DNA from: an uncultured Bdellovibrionales bacterium
GTDB taxonomy: Bacteria; Patescibacteriota; Minisyncoccia; Moranbacterales; UBA1568
Length of the DNA: 64,000 bases
Assembly (NCBI GenBank): GCA_964500505.1
Contig: CAZCNN010000001.1
Span: 205,056-269,055 of the forward strand
Reading direction: 5' to 3'
The translations under genes were made by a program, and so were the position numbers. The notes below the pieces were generated by a model. It was not told where the DNA came from. It was given only the letters and a program-made list of their open reading frames with translations, and ran no database searches. Position 1 is the first letter of the stretch. Each line of letters begins with the position of its first letter. Below, piece by piece: positions 47,740-55,843 of this stretch.

Positions 47740-48981
47740 TTAATAAACCGGAAACTGCTTACAGAGCTTCATAACAGACTTCCGGATATCCTGCAAGACT
47801 TTCGTATTGCCGCCCGAGCGGAGCGCCTCGTCGATACAACCAGCGATAACCTTGATTTCTGCCTCCTTCATCCCTCGAGTCGTGACCGCTGGGACGCCGA
47901 TCCGGACACCGCTTGGGTCCATCGGACCACGTGGGTCATCCGGAATCACGTTTTTATTGACCGTGATGCCGATCTGATCAAGCATCTTTTCGGCCTCTTT
48001 GCCGGTCACACCATAGCTCTTCACCACATCAATCACAATCATATGATTCTCGGTACCACCAAAGAGGATAGAGGCACCGCGCTTCACTATTTCTTTCTCA
48101 AGTATCTTGCCATTCTTGAGTACCTGCTTCGCGTACTTGCGAAATTCTGGTTTGAGCGCCTCGCCAAAGGCGACAGCCTTCGCCGCGATGGTATTCATGA
48201 GTGGTCCACCCTGGAGTCCGGGGAAGACTGCCCGATCAACGGCTTTCGCCAAATCAGCTCGACAGAGGATCACGCCACCGCGCGGACCGCGGAGCGTCTT
48301 GTGGGTAGTTGTGGTCACAATATCGAAAAATGGCACCGGATTGGGTATCGCCCGGCCAGCCACGAGACCAGCGATATGAGCCATATCCATCATCGAGTAG
48401 GCACCGACTTTCTTGGCAATCGCCGATATCTTCTCATAATCAAGCTGGCGAGTATACGAGGAGAACCCAGCGAGGACGAGCTTGGGCTTCACCTGCTTGG
48501 CAAGCTTCTCCAATTTCACATAATCAATGGTCCCATCAGCCTCGGTCTTGTAGCCGACAAACTGATAAATCTGTGCTGGGAGCGTAAGTGGATGACCATG
48601 CGTGAGGTGCCCACCGTGTGAGAGGTCCATCCCGAGGATGGTATCACCGGGCTTGAGGATAGCTGAATAGGCAGCCAGGTTGGCTGGCGCGCCGGCATGT
48701 GGCTGGACGTTCGCATGCTCCGCCCCAAAGAGTTTCTTCACCCGATTGATAGCAAGCGTCTCCACCACATCAGTAAATTCCTGACCACCGTAGTAACGTC
48801 GGCCTGGGTACCCCTCAGAGTATTTGTTGGTAAGGACCGTCCCGAGTGTTTCCAGCACTGCCTGCGAGACATAGTTCTCGGACGCAATCATCTCGAGCCC
48901 CTCTGCCTGGCGTTTCTCTTCACCAAGCACAGCCTCATATACATCTTTGTCAGCTTTTTTGAGTAGTGGATGCTTCAACAT
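47740..48981 (-). CDS. glyA: Serine hydroxymethyltransferase
   Basis: IASEN, NKYSEGYPG, GGHLTHG, TTTHKTLRGPRGG. Confidence 0.97.
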   Translation of the reverse strand: MLKHPLLKKADKDVYEAVLGEEKRQAEGLEMIASENYVSQAVLETLGTVLTNKYSEGYPGRRYYGGQEFTDVVETLAINRVKKLFGAEHANVQPHAGAPANLAAYSAILKPGDTILGMDLSHGGHLTHGHPLTLPAQIYQFVGYKTEADGTIDYVKLEKLAKQVKPKLVLAGFSSYTRQLDYEKISAIAKKVGAYSMMDMAHIAGLVAGRAIPNPVPFFDIVTTTTHKTLRGPRGGVILCRADLAKAVDRAVFPGLQGGPLMNTIAAKAVAFGEALKPEFRKYAKQVLKNGKILEKEIVKRGASILFGGTENHMIVIDVVKSYGVTGKEAEKMLDQIGITVNKNVIPDDPRGPMDPSGVRIGVPAVTTRGMKEAEIKVIAGCIDEALRSGGNTKVLQDIRKSVMKLCKQFPVY

Positions 48982-49032
48982 ACAGTTCATTTACAGCAAA
49001 TAAAAATCTTGAACATATTTCAAAATTTTAGA

Positions 49033-49968
49033 TCATAGTCCTTCGTGTACAAATTCTTCGAGCGCCTCTGTGTAGTGACGGAGCTTCGGTCGTTTGGTAT
49101 TGAGGAGCACGGAACAACTTGGTCGACGTGCTGGACGCGGAAACGTCTCGCTTGTCACTGGCTGTACCACTATGTCCTTTTCCGCAAACGCGTAAAGCTC
49201 TTGCACGGCTTCATACCACGTCGCTCCACCCTCATTGACCAAATGGTACGTACCCCAATCACTCTCAGATTCGATCAGCTCTTTGGTAGCCTCTGCGAGG
49301 TCTGGTGCATAGGTAAAGCAACTTTTCTCATCATCTACGGCCTGCACCTCCGTTTTGGTTTGTGCCTGCTCAAGCATAACCGCAAAGAAACTGCGCTTGG
49401 CTTCTGGACTCTTCCCTGGTCGCCCAAAAAGCTTGGAAAGACGGATGAGATAGTAGTCGCTCGCCGCTTCTCGCACAGCACGCTCCCCAGCGTACTTGCT
49501 CTCGCCATAACGAGAGAGCGGGTTTGGGAGAGCCTCTTCATTATACCCTACTTGGTTCGTTGAACCAGCCCCACAGCACCCTCCGCCACAACAGCCCGTT
49601 TCCGCCTTGTTGGCCTCGAGTGCCCCATCAAACACGTAATCGGTCGAATAGTGTACGAGTATATATCCCAGTTTCTTGCTCAGTTGAGCCAAGAACTTCG
49701 GTACTTCACGGTTGAGGAGGAGCGCCTTTTTATATTCCTCGTCATCTGTTTCGCACTTGTCGACCGCGTTGTAAGCGACAGCATTTACGACGATAGCAGG
49801 TCTCAGGGCTGTAATTTTGGTCTCAGCCAAGGGGAAATCCGTGATATCGATATCTTCCCGGTCCCAGGCCGTCACTTCATACTTGTCCCCATCAGAAAAA
49901 GCCCGGACCAGCTCCTGGCCGAGCATCCCGAAACTCCCGAGTATCAACACCTTCTTTTTCTCTATCAT
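49033..49968 (-). CDS. rfbD: dTDP-4-dehydrorhamnose reductase
   Basis: GSFGMLG, AYNAVD, STDYVFDG, YGESK, ARRP. Confidence 0.9.
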   Translation of the reverse strand: MIEKKKVLILGSFGMLGQELVRAFSDGDKYEVTAWDREDIDITDFPLAETKITALRPAIVVNAVAYNAVDKCETDDEEYKKALLLNREVPKFLAQLSKKLGYILVHYSTDYVFDGALEANKAETGCCGGGCCGAGSTNQVGYNEEALPNPLSRYGESKYAGERAVREAASDYYLIRLSKLFGRPGKSPEAKRSFFAVMLEQAQTKTEVQAVDDEKSCFTYAPDLAEATKELIESESDWGTYHLVNEGGATWYEAVQELYAFAEKDIVVQPVTSETFPRPARRPSCSVLLNTKRPKLRHYTEALEEFVHEGL

Positions 49969-50023
49969 TTGGCTATTTTAGCAGAAAAACTCATTCCTTG
50001 AAATTCGTCGAGACGCTCCTGCA

Positions 50024-50359
50024 TTATTGAAACTGCCCGTTTTGTTTTTCACGAATCTTTGGAATTTTGTGATCGAGGGCCTGCATAATATCGACGTTTA
50101 GTGCCTTGGCCAACATGAAAGTACAGATAACGACATCAGCAAACTCATCCTGCAAATCAGTCGGTGCATGATCCTTCATCTTGTCCTTACGCTGTCCGCC
50201 TATTGATGCCAAGACTTCATCACACAGTTCGCCATACTCTTCTCCTAGTTTAATGATCCGCGCAAACATGTGCTCCCGCTCACTGAAATCATCCTCCCGA
50301 AGCGCTCGAAACATCGCATCCTGCTCGTCGATAAATTTTTGGAGTTCTTCTATGGTCAT
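50024..50359 (-). CDS. MazG-like nucleotide pyrophosphohydrolase
   Basis: EEYGEL and DEFADV motifs. Confidence 0.85.
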   Translation of the reverse strand: MTIEELQKFIDEQDAMFRALREDDFSEREHMFARIIKLGEEYGELCDEVLASIGGQRKDKMKDHAPTDLQDEFADVVICTFMLAKALNVDIMQALDHKIPKIREKQNGQFQ

Positions 50360-50413
50360 ACGCCCAACAGTTACTCTTTTGCTCATTATACCACCCCTCT
50401 TTCTTCTCTCACG

Positions 50414-50451
50414 AATAACTCATCTATCCACGACCGTTAAGAGATGAGTTA
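50414..50451. repeat. 38-bp palindromic repeat, downstream copy
   Basis: AATAACTCATCTATCCACGACCGTTAAGAGATGAGTTA. Confidence 0.85.
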
Positions 50452-50474
50452 CTACAAAAAACAGAAAATCTTAT

Positions 50475-51065
50475 CTACTCCAACTGAAATGTCTTCCGTA
50501 ACCGCATATCATTCTCGATATCGCTTGCAACGATATACACCAACTCTTTACCTGCTTTATACCGAGTTTTCAAAAGCGAGATGACCTCCTCACATTCGTA
50601 CGGATATACCCAAACACTATCTTGGAGTTTCTCAAAACCAAACACCTTCATATCTATTCTGATACGATCACGTGCAGATCGCCTCTTTTCAGCAATATCA
50701 AAAATAACAATTCTCCACTTCTTATCCCATCGTCCACTCTTGATTCGCTTCTCCCGTAATTGGTACTTCAGTAATTCTTGTTGACCCTTATCCGTAAGAT
50801 ACGCCCGTGTCTCACCATTTTTGACAACAATTCGTACCATCCCACGTCGCTCCAAACTCTTCATTGTTCTCCGTATATATGACGGGATTTGATATCGAGG
50901 CGCCACCAAACGTTCGTATCCACGAAATATCCTTACTACTTGAAAAACTCCTGGCGCCATCATGCCGACCCCTATTACTCCTGCCACTCCAAGAGCACCA
51001 AGAATTATTCTCGCTACCAATCCATATGAATCAGTTTCTCTTGTTTGTTTTTCTACCCGTTTCAT
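50475..51065 (-). CDS. PaaX-like protein (wHTH plus Cas2-like ferredoxin-fold domain)
   Basis: YLTDKG wHTH wing, WDKKWRIVIFDIAE, GFEKLQDSVWV. Confidence 0.8.
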   Translation of the reverse strand: MKRVEKQTRETDSYGLVARIILGALGVAGVIGVGMMAPGVFQVVRIFRGYERLVAPRYQIPSYIRRTMKSLERRGMVRIVVKNGETRAYLTDKGQQELLKYQLREKRIKSGRWDKKWRIVIFDIAEKRRSARDRIRIDMKVFGFEKLQDSVWVYPYECEEVISLLKTRYKAGKELVYIVASDIENDMRLRKTFQLE

Positions 51066-51074
51066 AACTTTTCT

Positions 51075-51112
51075 AATAACTCATCTATACACGACCGTGA
51101 AGAAATGAGTTA
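51075..51112. repeat. 38-bp palindromic repeat, upstream copy
   Basis: AATAACTCATCTATACACGACCGTGAAGAAATGAGTTA, 35/38 identical to the copy at 50414. Confidence 0.85.
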
Positions 51113-51153
51113 TTCGCATATGAAGAGAAAGCGTGTTACTTGATATCAGTAGC

Positions 51154-51804
51154 TCAATACTGGGAAAAGTCTTGAGTTGAGCCTTCGGTCATGTCGACAT
51201 ATTTGATGCCAAGTGGCTCGAGGATCATGGTCGGGATGCGGCGGGTGGGTCCGAGTTCTATCCCCTGGCGAAGCATTCCGTCGTGAACCGGGAACACCAC
51301 TTTTGGCTTGATGAGTTTGGCGTACTCAATCGCCTCTGAAAGCTTCATCCATGGCCCCGCCACTGGCAGAGCGAGGATGGTCACTGCCTTCTCTGGATTG
51401 TGAAATGAGTCACCCGGATAAAAGAGTGTTCTATCGATAAAAAATCCGGTATTCTGCACTACTGGTAAATCATGATGGATACAGGCGTGCTCACTCCCAC
51501 TACTCTCGACACTCACACCCCGTACCTCTACCGTCTCTCCGTCCGCGATGGACGTATAGGTGATACCTGCTCCATCCAATATTTTCCCTACTCCGATATG
51601 TGTAATAACCTGCGCCTCCGGATTCTTGGCAAGAATAATTTGGAGTGCCTCGACATGGAGGTGATCCGGATGCTCATGTGTTATGAGTATCGCATCAATC
51701 CCCTCTACCATCGGGGTCTCATTATAGTTCCCTGGGTCAGTGAGTATCCACACTCCCTTTACTTCGATGAGCAGACAACAATGGCCAAATTTGGTGATGA
51801 TCAT
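51154..51804 (-). CDS. MBL-fold metallo-hydrolase
   Basis: THEHPDH, PGDS, PVHDG. Confidence 0.9.
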   Translation of the reverse strand: MIITKFGHCCLLIEVKGVWILTDPGNYNETPMVEGIDAILITHEHPDHLHVEALQIILAKNPEAQVITHIGVGKILDGAGITYTSIADGETVEVRGVSVESSGSEHACIHHDLPVVQNTGFFIDRTLFYPGDSFHNPEKAVTILALPVAGPWMKLSEAIEYAKLIKPKVVFPVHDGMLRQGIELGPTRRIPTMILEPLGIKYVDMTEGSTQDFSQY

Positions 51805-51811
51805 ACTAGCC

Positions 51812-52546
51812 TTAATTAGTCCTTCTTATTTTTTCAAGAACCATCCCTAAAATAATAAAAAACAATCCCCCTATAAGCCATTTAATTTTGGAAAGAACCC
51901 AGATGTACCTTGCATAAGAACGCGTCTCCTTTTCTGTAATAACAAAAACAATTTTTGGGAAAAAGTAATCAAATATTTCATTTATCCAAGTAAGCGCGAT
52001 AACAAATACAAGTATATATAAGAAGTCTATTAAAAATGTTTCAGAAATACTACTAAGATAATACCAGTACCCCAGGTAAGCAGCTAAACAGATTTTCAGG
52101 AACAACAAAAAAGAAGATTTTACTTGAGATGGGACAATATCATCATCAAAAATAAAGGCATACCAGAAACGATCTCCCATCAAGGCCTTTTCAAAACGAT
52201 TTATAAAACCATCATCCACATCATCGTGGCAATCACGATATGAATAATTTACATTCCAAAATAGATGTTTTTCAAATCTTAAGTACAGATCCTCCGTGAA
52301 TAAATCTGTTTGATTGTTTTTGTAAGCGTAGACTGTTATATTCTTGATTTTCTCATCCCCTATTTTATCAAAAAGTTCAAACAACTCATCATATGTCATC
52401 TTATAAGCAGACCTACTATTGGTCTCTATGCTATAAAGAAGCCTAGAAAAATTTCCTCGTAAAAAATCGTCAATTTTTTGAAGATATTTCGTATCAATCA
52501 TTCTAGACCTTACAAGAAATTGATTGTAGGTAGTCGTGGTACTCAT
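51812..52546 (-). CDS. AT-rich hypothetical membrane protein
   Basis: Soluble N-terminal half plus three C-terminal TMs; composition differs from neighbours. Confidence 0.7.
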   Translation of the reverse strand: MSTTTTYNQFLVRSRMIDTKYLQKIDDFLRGNFSRLLYSIETNSRSAYKMTYDELFELFDKIGDEKIKNITVYAYKNNQTDLFTEDLYLRFEKHLFWNVNYSYRDCHDDVDDGFINRFEKALMGDRFWYAFIFDDDIVPSQVKSSFLLFLKICLAAYLGYWYYLSSISETFLIDFLYILVFVIALTWINEIFDYFFPKIVFVITEKETRSYARYIWVLSKIKWLIGGLFFIILGMVLEKIRRTN

Positions 52547-52552
52547 ATATAC

Positions 52553-53557
52553 TTACCGTTTTTCGTACTGTTCAGTATAGTACTTTTGATACTCGCCACT
52601 CTTCACGTTTTTCCACCAGGTCTCGTTCTCTTTGAACCAAGCGACGGTTTGGGCGAGACCCTCTTCGAGGGTCACCGTCGGTTCCCAACCAAGCTCGGTT
52701 TTAATCTTGGTGAAGTTGATCGCGTAGCGTCGGTCGTGACCAGCGCGGTCCTTTACGTATTCGATAGACGACTCATCCTTGCCCAAAAGTTCAAGGAGCT
52801 TCTTCACAATGACAATATTCTCGGTCTCGGCATTACCGCCAATACAATAGGTCTCGCCAATTTTCCCCCGGTGAATGATCATGTCGATAGCACGACAATG
52901 GTCCTCGACGTAGAGCCAGTCACGCACCTGGAGACCATCACCATAGACCGGCACGGACTTGCCCTCAAGAAGATTGGTGATAGCGAGTGGGATGAGCTTC
53001 TCCGGAAAGTGATACGGACCGTAGTTATTGGAGCAGTTGGAGATAGTCACCGGAAGGCCATAGGTATGGTAGTACGCGCGGACCAGGTGGTCAGAGGCAG
53101 CCTTGGAGGCGCTATAGGGACTACGGGGATCATACGGGGTCGACTCATCAAAGGGGGCGTCGTCCATGCCCAATGATCCAAACACCTCATCGGTTGAGAC
53201 ATGATGAAAGCGTTTGCCATGTTTCTTGGCGGCTTCGAGGAGGACATAGGTCCCATGGACATTGGTCACGACGAAAGCCCCGGGATCCATGATCGAGCGG
53301 TCAACATGTGACTCAGCGGCAAAGTGGACGACGATGTCACACTCGGCTACGAGCCCATCGACGAGTGTGGCGTCCGTGATACTCCCTTTCACAAAGCGGT
53401 GCTGTGGATTCTCCTCGGCACTCTTCAAATTCTCCAGGTTCCCAGCATAGGTCAGGTCATCGAGCGTCACCACCTCGTACTCAGGATACTTTCCGAGGAT
53501 AAAGTGAACAAAATTACTGCCAATAAATCCAGCTCCTCCTGTGACCAATAGCTTCAT
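52553..53557 (-). CDS. rfbB: dTDP-glucose 4,6-dehydratase
   Basis: GGAGFIGS, HFAAESHVDRS, STDEV, YSASK, GHDRRYA. Confidence 0.96.
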   Translation of the reverse strand: MKLLVTGGAGFIGSNFVHFILGKYPEYEVVTLDDLTYAGNLENLKSAEENPQHRFVKGSITDATLVDGLVAECDIVVHFAAESHVDRSIMDPGAFVVTNVHGTYVLLEAAKKHGKRFHHVSTDEVFGSLGMDDAPFDESTPYDPRSPYSASKAASDHLVRAYYHTYGLPVTISNCSNNYGPYHFPEKLIPLAITNLLEGKSVPVYGDGLQVRDWLYVEDHCRAIDMIIHRGKIGETYCIGGNAETENIVIVKKLLELLGKDESSIEYVKDRAGHDRRYAINFTKIKTELGWEPTVTLEEGLAQTVAWFKENETWWKNVKSGEYQKYYTEQYEKR

Positions 53558-53561
53558 AGTT

Positions 53562-54125
53562 CTAGCTGTTAAAAACAAATTCTTTTGGAATATCTGCAAA
53601 CAATGGATGCTGCTCATCTTTCTCAGAAACAATGGGTGTCACCTCTCCCCACTCGATTCCAAGCGCTGGGTCATTCCAGACGATACCTCGTTCATGCTCT
53701 CGCGAATACGTGTTGGTACACTTGTAGGTAAAGATGGTGTCGTCTTCAAGTGCAATGAATCCATGCGCAAAGCCTCGTGGTATCCACAACTGACGATGAT
53801 TCTCCACTGAGAGCTCAACGGCCACGTGCTGTCCATACGTAGGCGACCCCGCACGGATATCGACAGCCACATCGAGCACCCGACCCCGAGTGACCATGAC
53901 GAGCTTGCCCTGGGCCATGGGTGGCGCCTGATAGTGGAGCCCCCGGACTACCCCCTTCTTGGAAACAGAGAGGTTGTCCTGGACAAAGTGCTCATCGGGC
54001 GCAAGCCCGAGCATCTCCCGGTAGCGCGCTTCTGAAAATGTCTCCATAAACATCCCCCGTTCATCCGTGTAGACATCCGGCGTCACAATCATCACCCCTT
54101 CCAAATTGGTCTTTTCGATGTTCAT
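53562..54125 (-). CDS. rfbC: dTDP-4-dehydrorhamnose 3,5-epimerase
   Basis: DERG, QDNLS, RGLHYQ, GFAHGF. Confidence 0.96.
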   Translation of the reverse strand: MNIEKTNLEGVMIVTPDVYTDERGMFMETFSEARYREMLGLAPDEHFVQDNLSVSKKGVVRGLHYQAPPMAQGKLVMVTRGRVLDVAVDIRAGSPTYGQHVAVELSVENHRQLWIPRGFAHGFIALEDDTIFTYKCTNTYSREHERGIVWNDPALGIEWGEVTPIVSEKDEQHPLFADIPKEFVFNS

Positions 54126-54189
54126 ACTACGAATAGTTATTTCAGATGCCAGGTGAATTTTTTTCGATGTCTATACTTTACTCCATTAT

Positions 54190-54349
54190 GTAACCATTCA
54201 GGTGAGACTTTTTATCATTGTTTCGGACTCATCAACTCTCTCGGTTACCGAAAAAATAGCCTCAATCTACAGCGGGTCATAGCTCTTTTTTCGAACCGAG
54301 AGGCTTCTTCAAACAACAAAACAATGAAAAAAATCTACCTGAAGATTAC
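54190..54349 (-). ncRNA. Candidate structured RNA: 160-nt rod with central bubble (cis-leader or 6S-like)
   Basis: Nested inverted repeats whose mismatches are mostly G-U pairs on the minus strand; upstream consensus promoter. Confidence 0.5.
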
Positions 54350-54373
54350 TTCGAGCCACTCTCGTGTACCTGT

Positions 54374-54402
54374 ATTCTAAAATATCCCCAGAATAATAGC
54401 AA
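54374..54402 (-). promoter_or_regulatory. Sigma70-type promoter upstream of the rod RNA and rfbC
   Basis: TTGCTA-N17-TAGAAT. Confidence 0.7.
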
Positions 54403-54424
54403 AAACCGCCCTTGCGGGCGGTTT
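54401..54424 (-). terminator. Terminator after khpA
   Basis: AAACCGCCC-GCAA-GGGCGGTTTTT. Confidence 0.85.
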
Positions 54425-54431
54425 GGAGCGA

Positions 54432-54815
54432 CTAGAGGCGGATGTCATTCATCACGTCATCGAGGGTCTTCTTTTCTTCTACCGGCTTCGGTGCATCAGC
54501 GACCGGAGCAGCAAAAGATTCGCGAGACTCTCTCGGCTCACGTGGCGGACGGAGCGATCCTTCTGGTTCGTTGATCTTGAGATTGACCCGAGCGTTATTT
54601 CTCGCACCGATAACACGGAGGAGGGTTCGGAGCGCCTTGGCGGTCATCCCCTCACGGCCAATCACCATCCCCATATCCTGCGGGTTCACATCAAGCGTGA
54701 TGAGTACTCCCATTTCGTCTATCTTTCGTTCTACCTTCACATCGTCTGGATTATCAACGAGCATCTTGACGACGTACTCGATAAAATCCCGATCCTTCAT
54801 TGCATTGTCAGTCAT
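54432..54815 (-). CDS. khpA: KH-domain RNA-binding protein KhpA
   Basis: LVDNPDDV, DMGMVIGREG..AKALRTLL. Confidence 0.88.
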   Translation of the reverse strand: MTDNAMKDRDFIEYVVKMLVDNPDDVKVERKIDEMGVLITLDVNPQDMGMVIGREGMTAKALRTLLRVIGARNNARVNLKINEPEGSLRPPREPRESRESFAAPVADAPKPVEEKKTLDDVMNDIRL

Positions 54816-54883
54816 AAGACTATAGCCACACGGATTAATTATGTTTTAAGAGAGACCAAAGAGAGGTCCTCTTCATGTCTATA

Positions 54884-55825
54884 CTACTCTTTTTTACCTG
54901 TTTCCGCAACCACGGCTCGGAGTATTTCCCGCCGTGATCGCTGAAAGAAATAGCCGATGATAGCAAACGTCAGGGCGGGCGCCAGCCACTCCGGCACATG
55001 GACTCCAAACCCCTCGGCAATCATCACCAGTCCGAGACAGAGGACCGAGTACATGGCGCCATTCTTGAGGTAGATATACTTCTTGACCCGCTCGACGTTG
55101 GCGATGGTGAGCTCCCGGACGATGATGGCTCCGATACCACTCCCGATCAAGATAAGAGGCACCGAGAGGGTAAAGGCGAAGGCACCGAGTACCCCATCAA
55201 TCGAAAAGGTTGTATCGATGACTTCAAGATAGAGAATCTTGCTTACGTCCGACATACCACTCCCCATGAGCTTGCGCTCGGTCTCTTCGGCATGCTGTCG
55301 AAATCCGTGGGTGATAAAAAACGCGGTCGATCCCACCACTGCCCCAAAAGCGAGCATCGGACTCTCCTTGAGGGCATACCACACAATGGTGGCGAGGAGA
55401 ATCGAGACCAAGGCAAAGAACCAGACCCCCTGTTCCATAAAGAAACATTCGGCTCGCAAACCATAGTGCTTGGCCTCAAGAAACAACCAGTGAAGAAAAA
55501 GAAAGAGGAGGAACACCCCGCCACCCATAAGGAGCACCGGCGCCGATGACTGGAGTGCACTGGCAACCGCTGGATCATTGGAGAATGTCGCTGTGAGTGA
55601 CCCCCAGAGCCCAAGACTCGGAATCGTCACAAAGACGATGAGCCATGGCAGTATCCCACGCACCACAAACACCGCGAGGAACATCCCCCACGTCATAAAA
55701 AATCGGCGCGCCTTCTGGCCCATGGTCGAGAGCACCTCGGCATTGATGACCGCATTGTCGATGCTCGAGACGGTCTCAAAAAGCACCAGTCCGAGGACTA
55801 TGAGTACAGCAGAAAAAAATTCCAT
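54884..55825 (-). CDS. DUF475 / TerC-superfamily membrane protein
   Basis: SSIDNAVINA, LYLEVIDTTFSIDGVLGAFA, YLKNGAMY. Confidence 0.88.
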   Translation of the reverse strand: MEFFSAVLIVLGLVLFETVSSIDNAVINAEVLSTMGQKARRFFMTWGMFLAVFVVRGILPWLIVFVTIPSLGLWGSLTATFSNDPAVASALQSSAPVLLMGGGVFLLFLFLHWLFLEAKHYGLRAECFFMEQGVWFFALVSILLATIVWYALKESPMLAFGAVVGSTAFFITHGFRQHAEETERKLMGSGMSDVSKILYLEVIDTTFSIDGVLGAFAFTLSVPLILIGSGIGAIIVRELTIANVERVKKYIYLKNGAMYSVLCLGLVMIAEGFGVHVPEWLAPALTFAIIGYFFQRSRREILRAVVAETGKKE

Positions 55826-55843
55826 GAATCAGGTAACAGCAAG

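Noticed and set aside
50414-51112. CRISPR array interpretation of the 38-bp repeats
   Set aside because: Only two copies, separated by a 623-bp gene-containing interval, and no cas1 or effector genes.
54153-54380. 75-aa plus-strand ORF between rfbC and khpA
   Set aside because: No SD or motif; the region is better explained by the minus-strand promoter and RNA structure.
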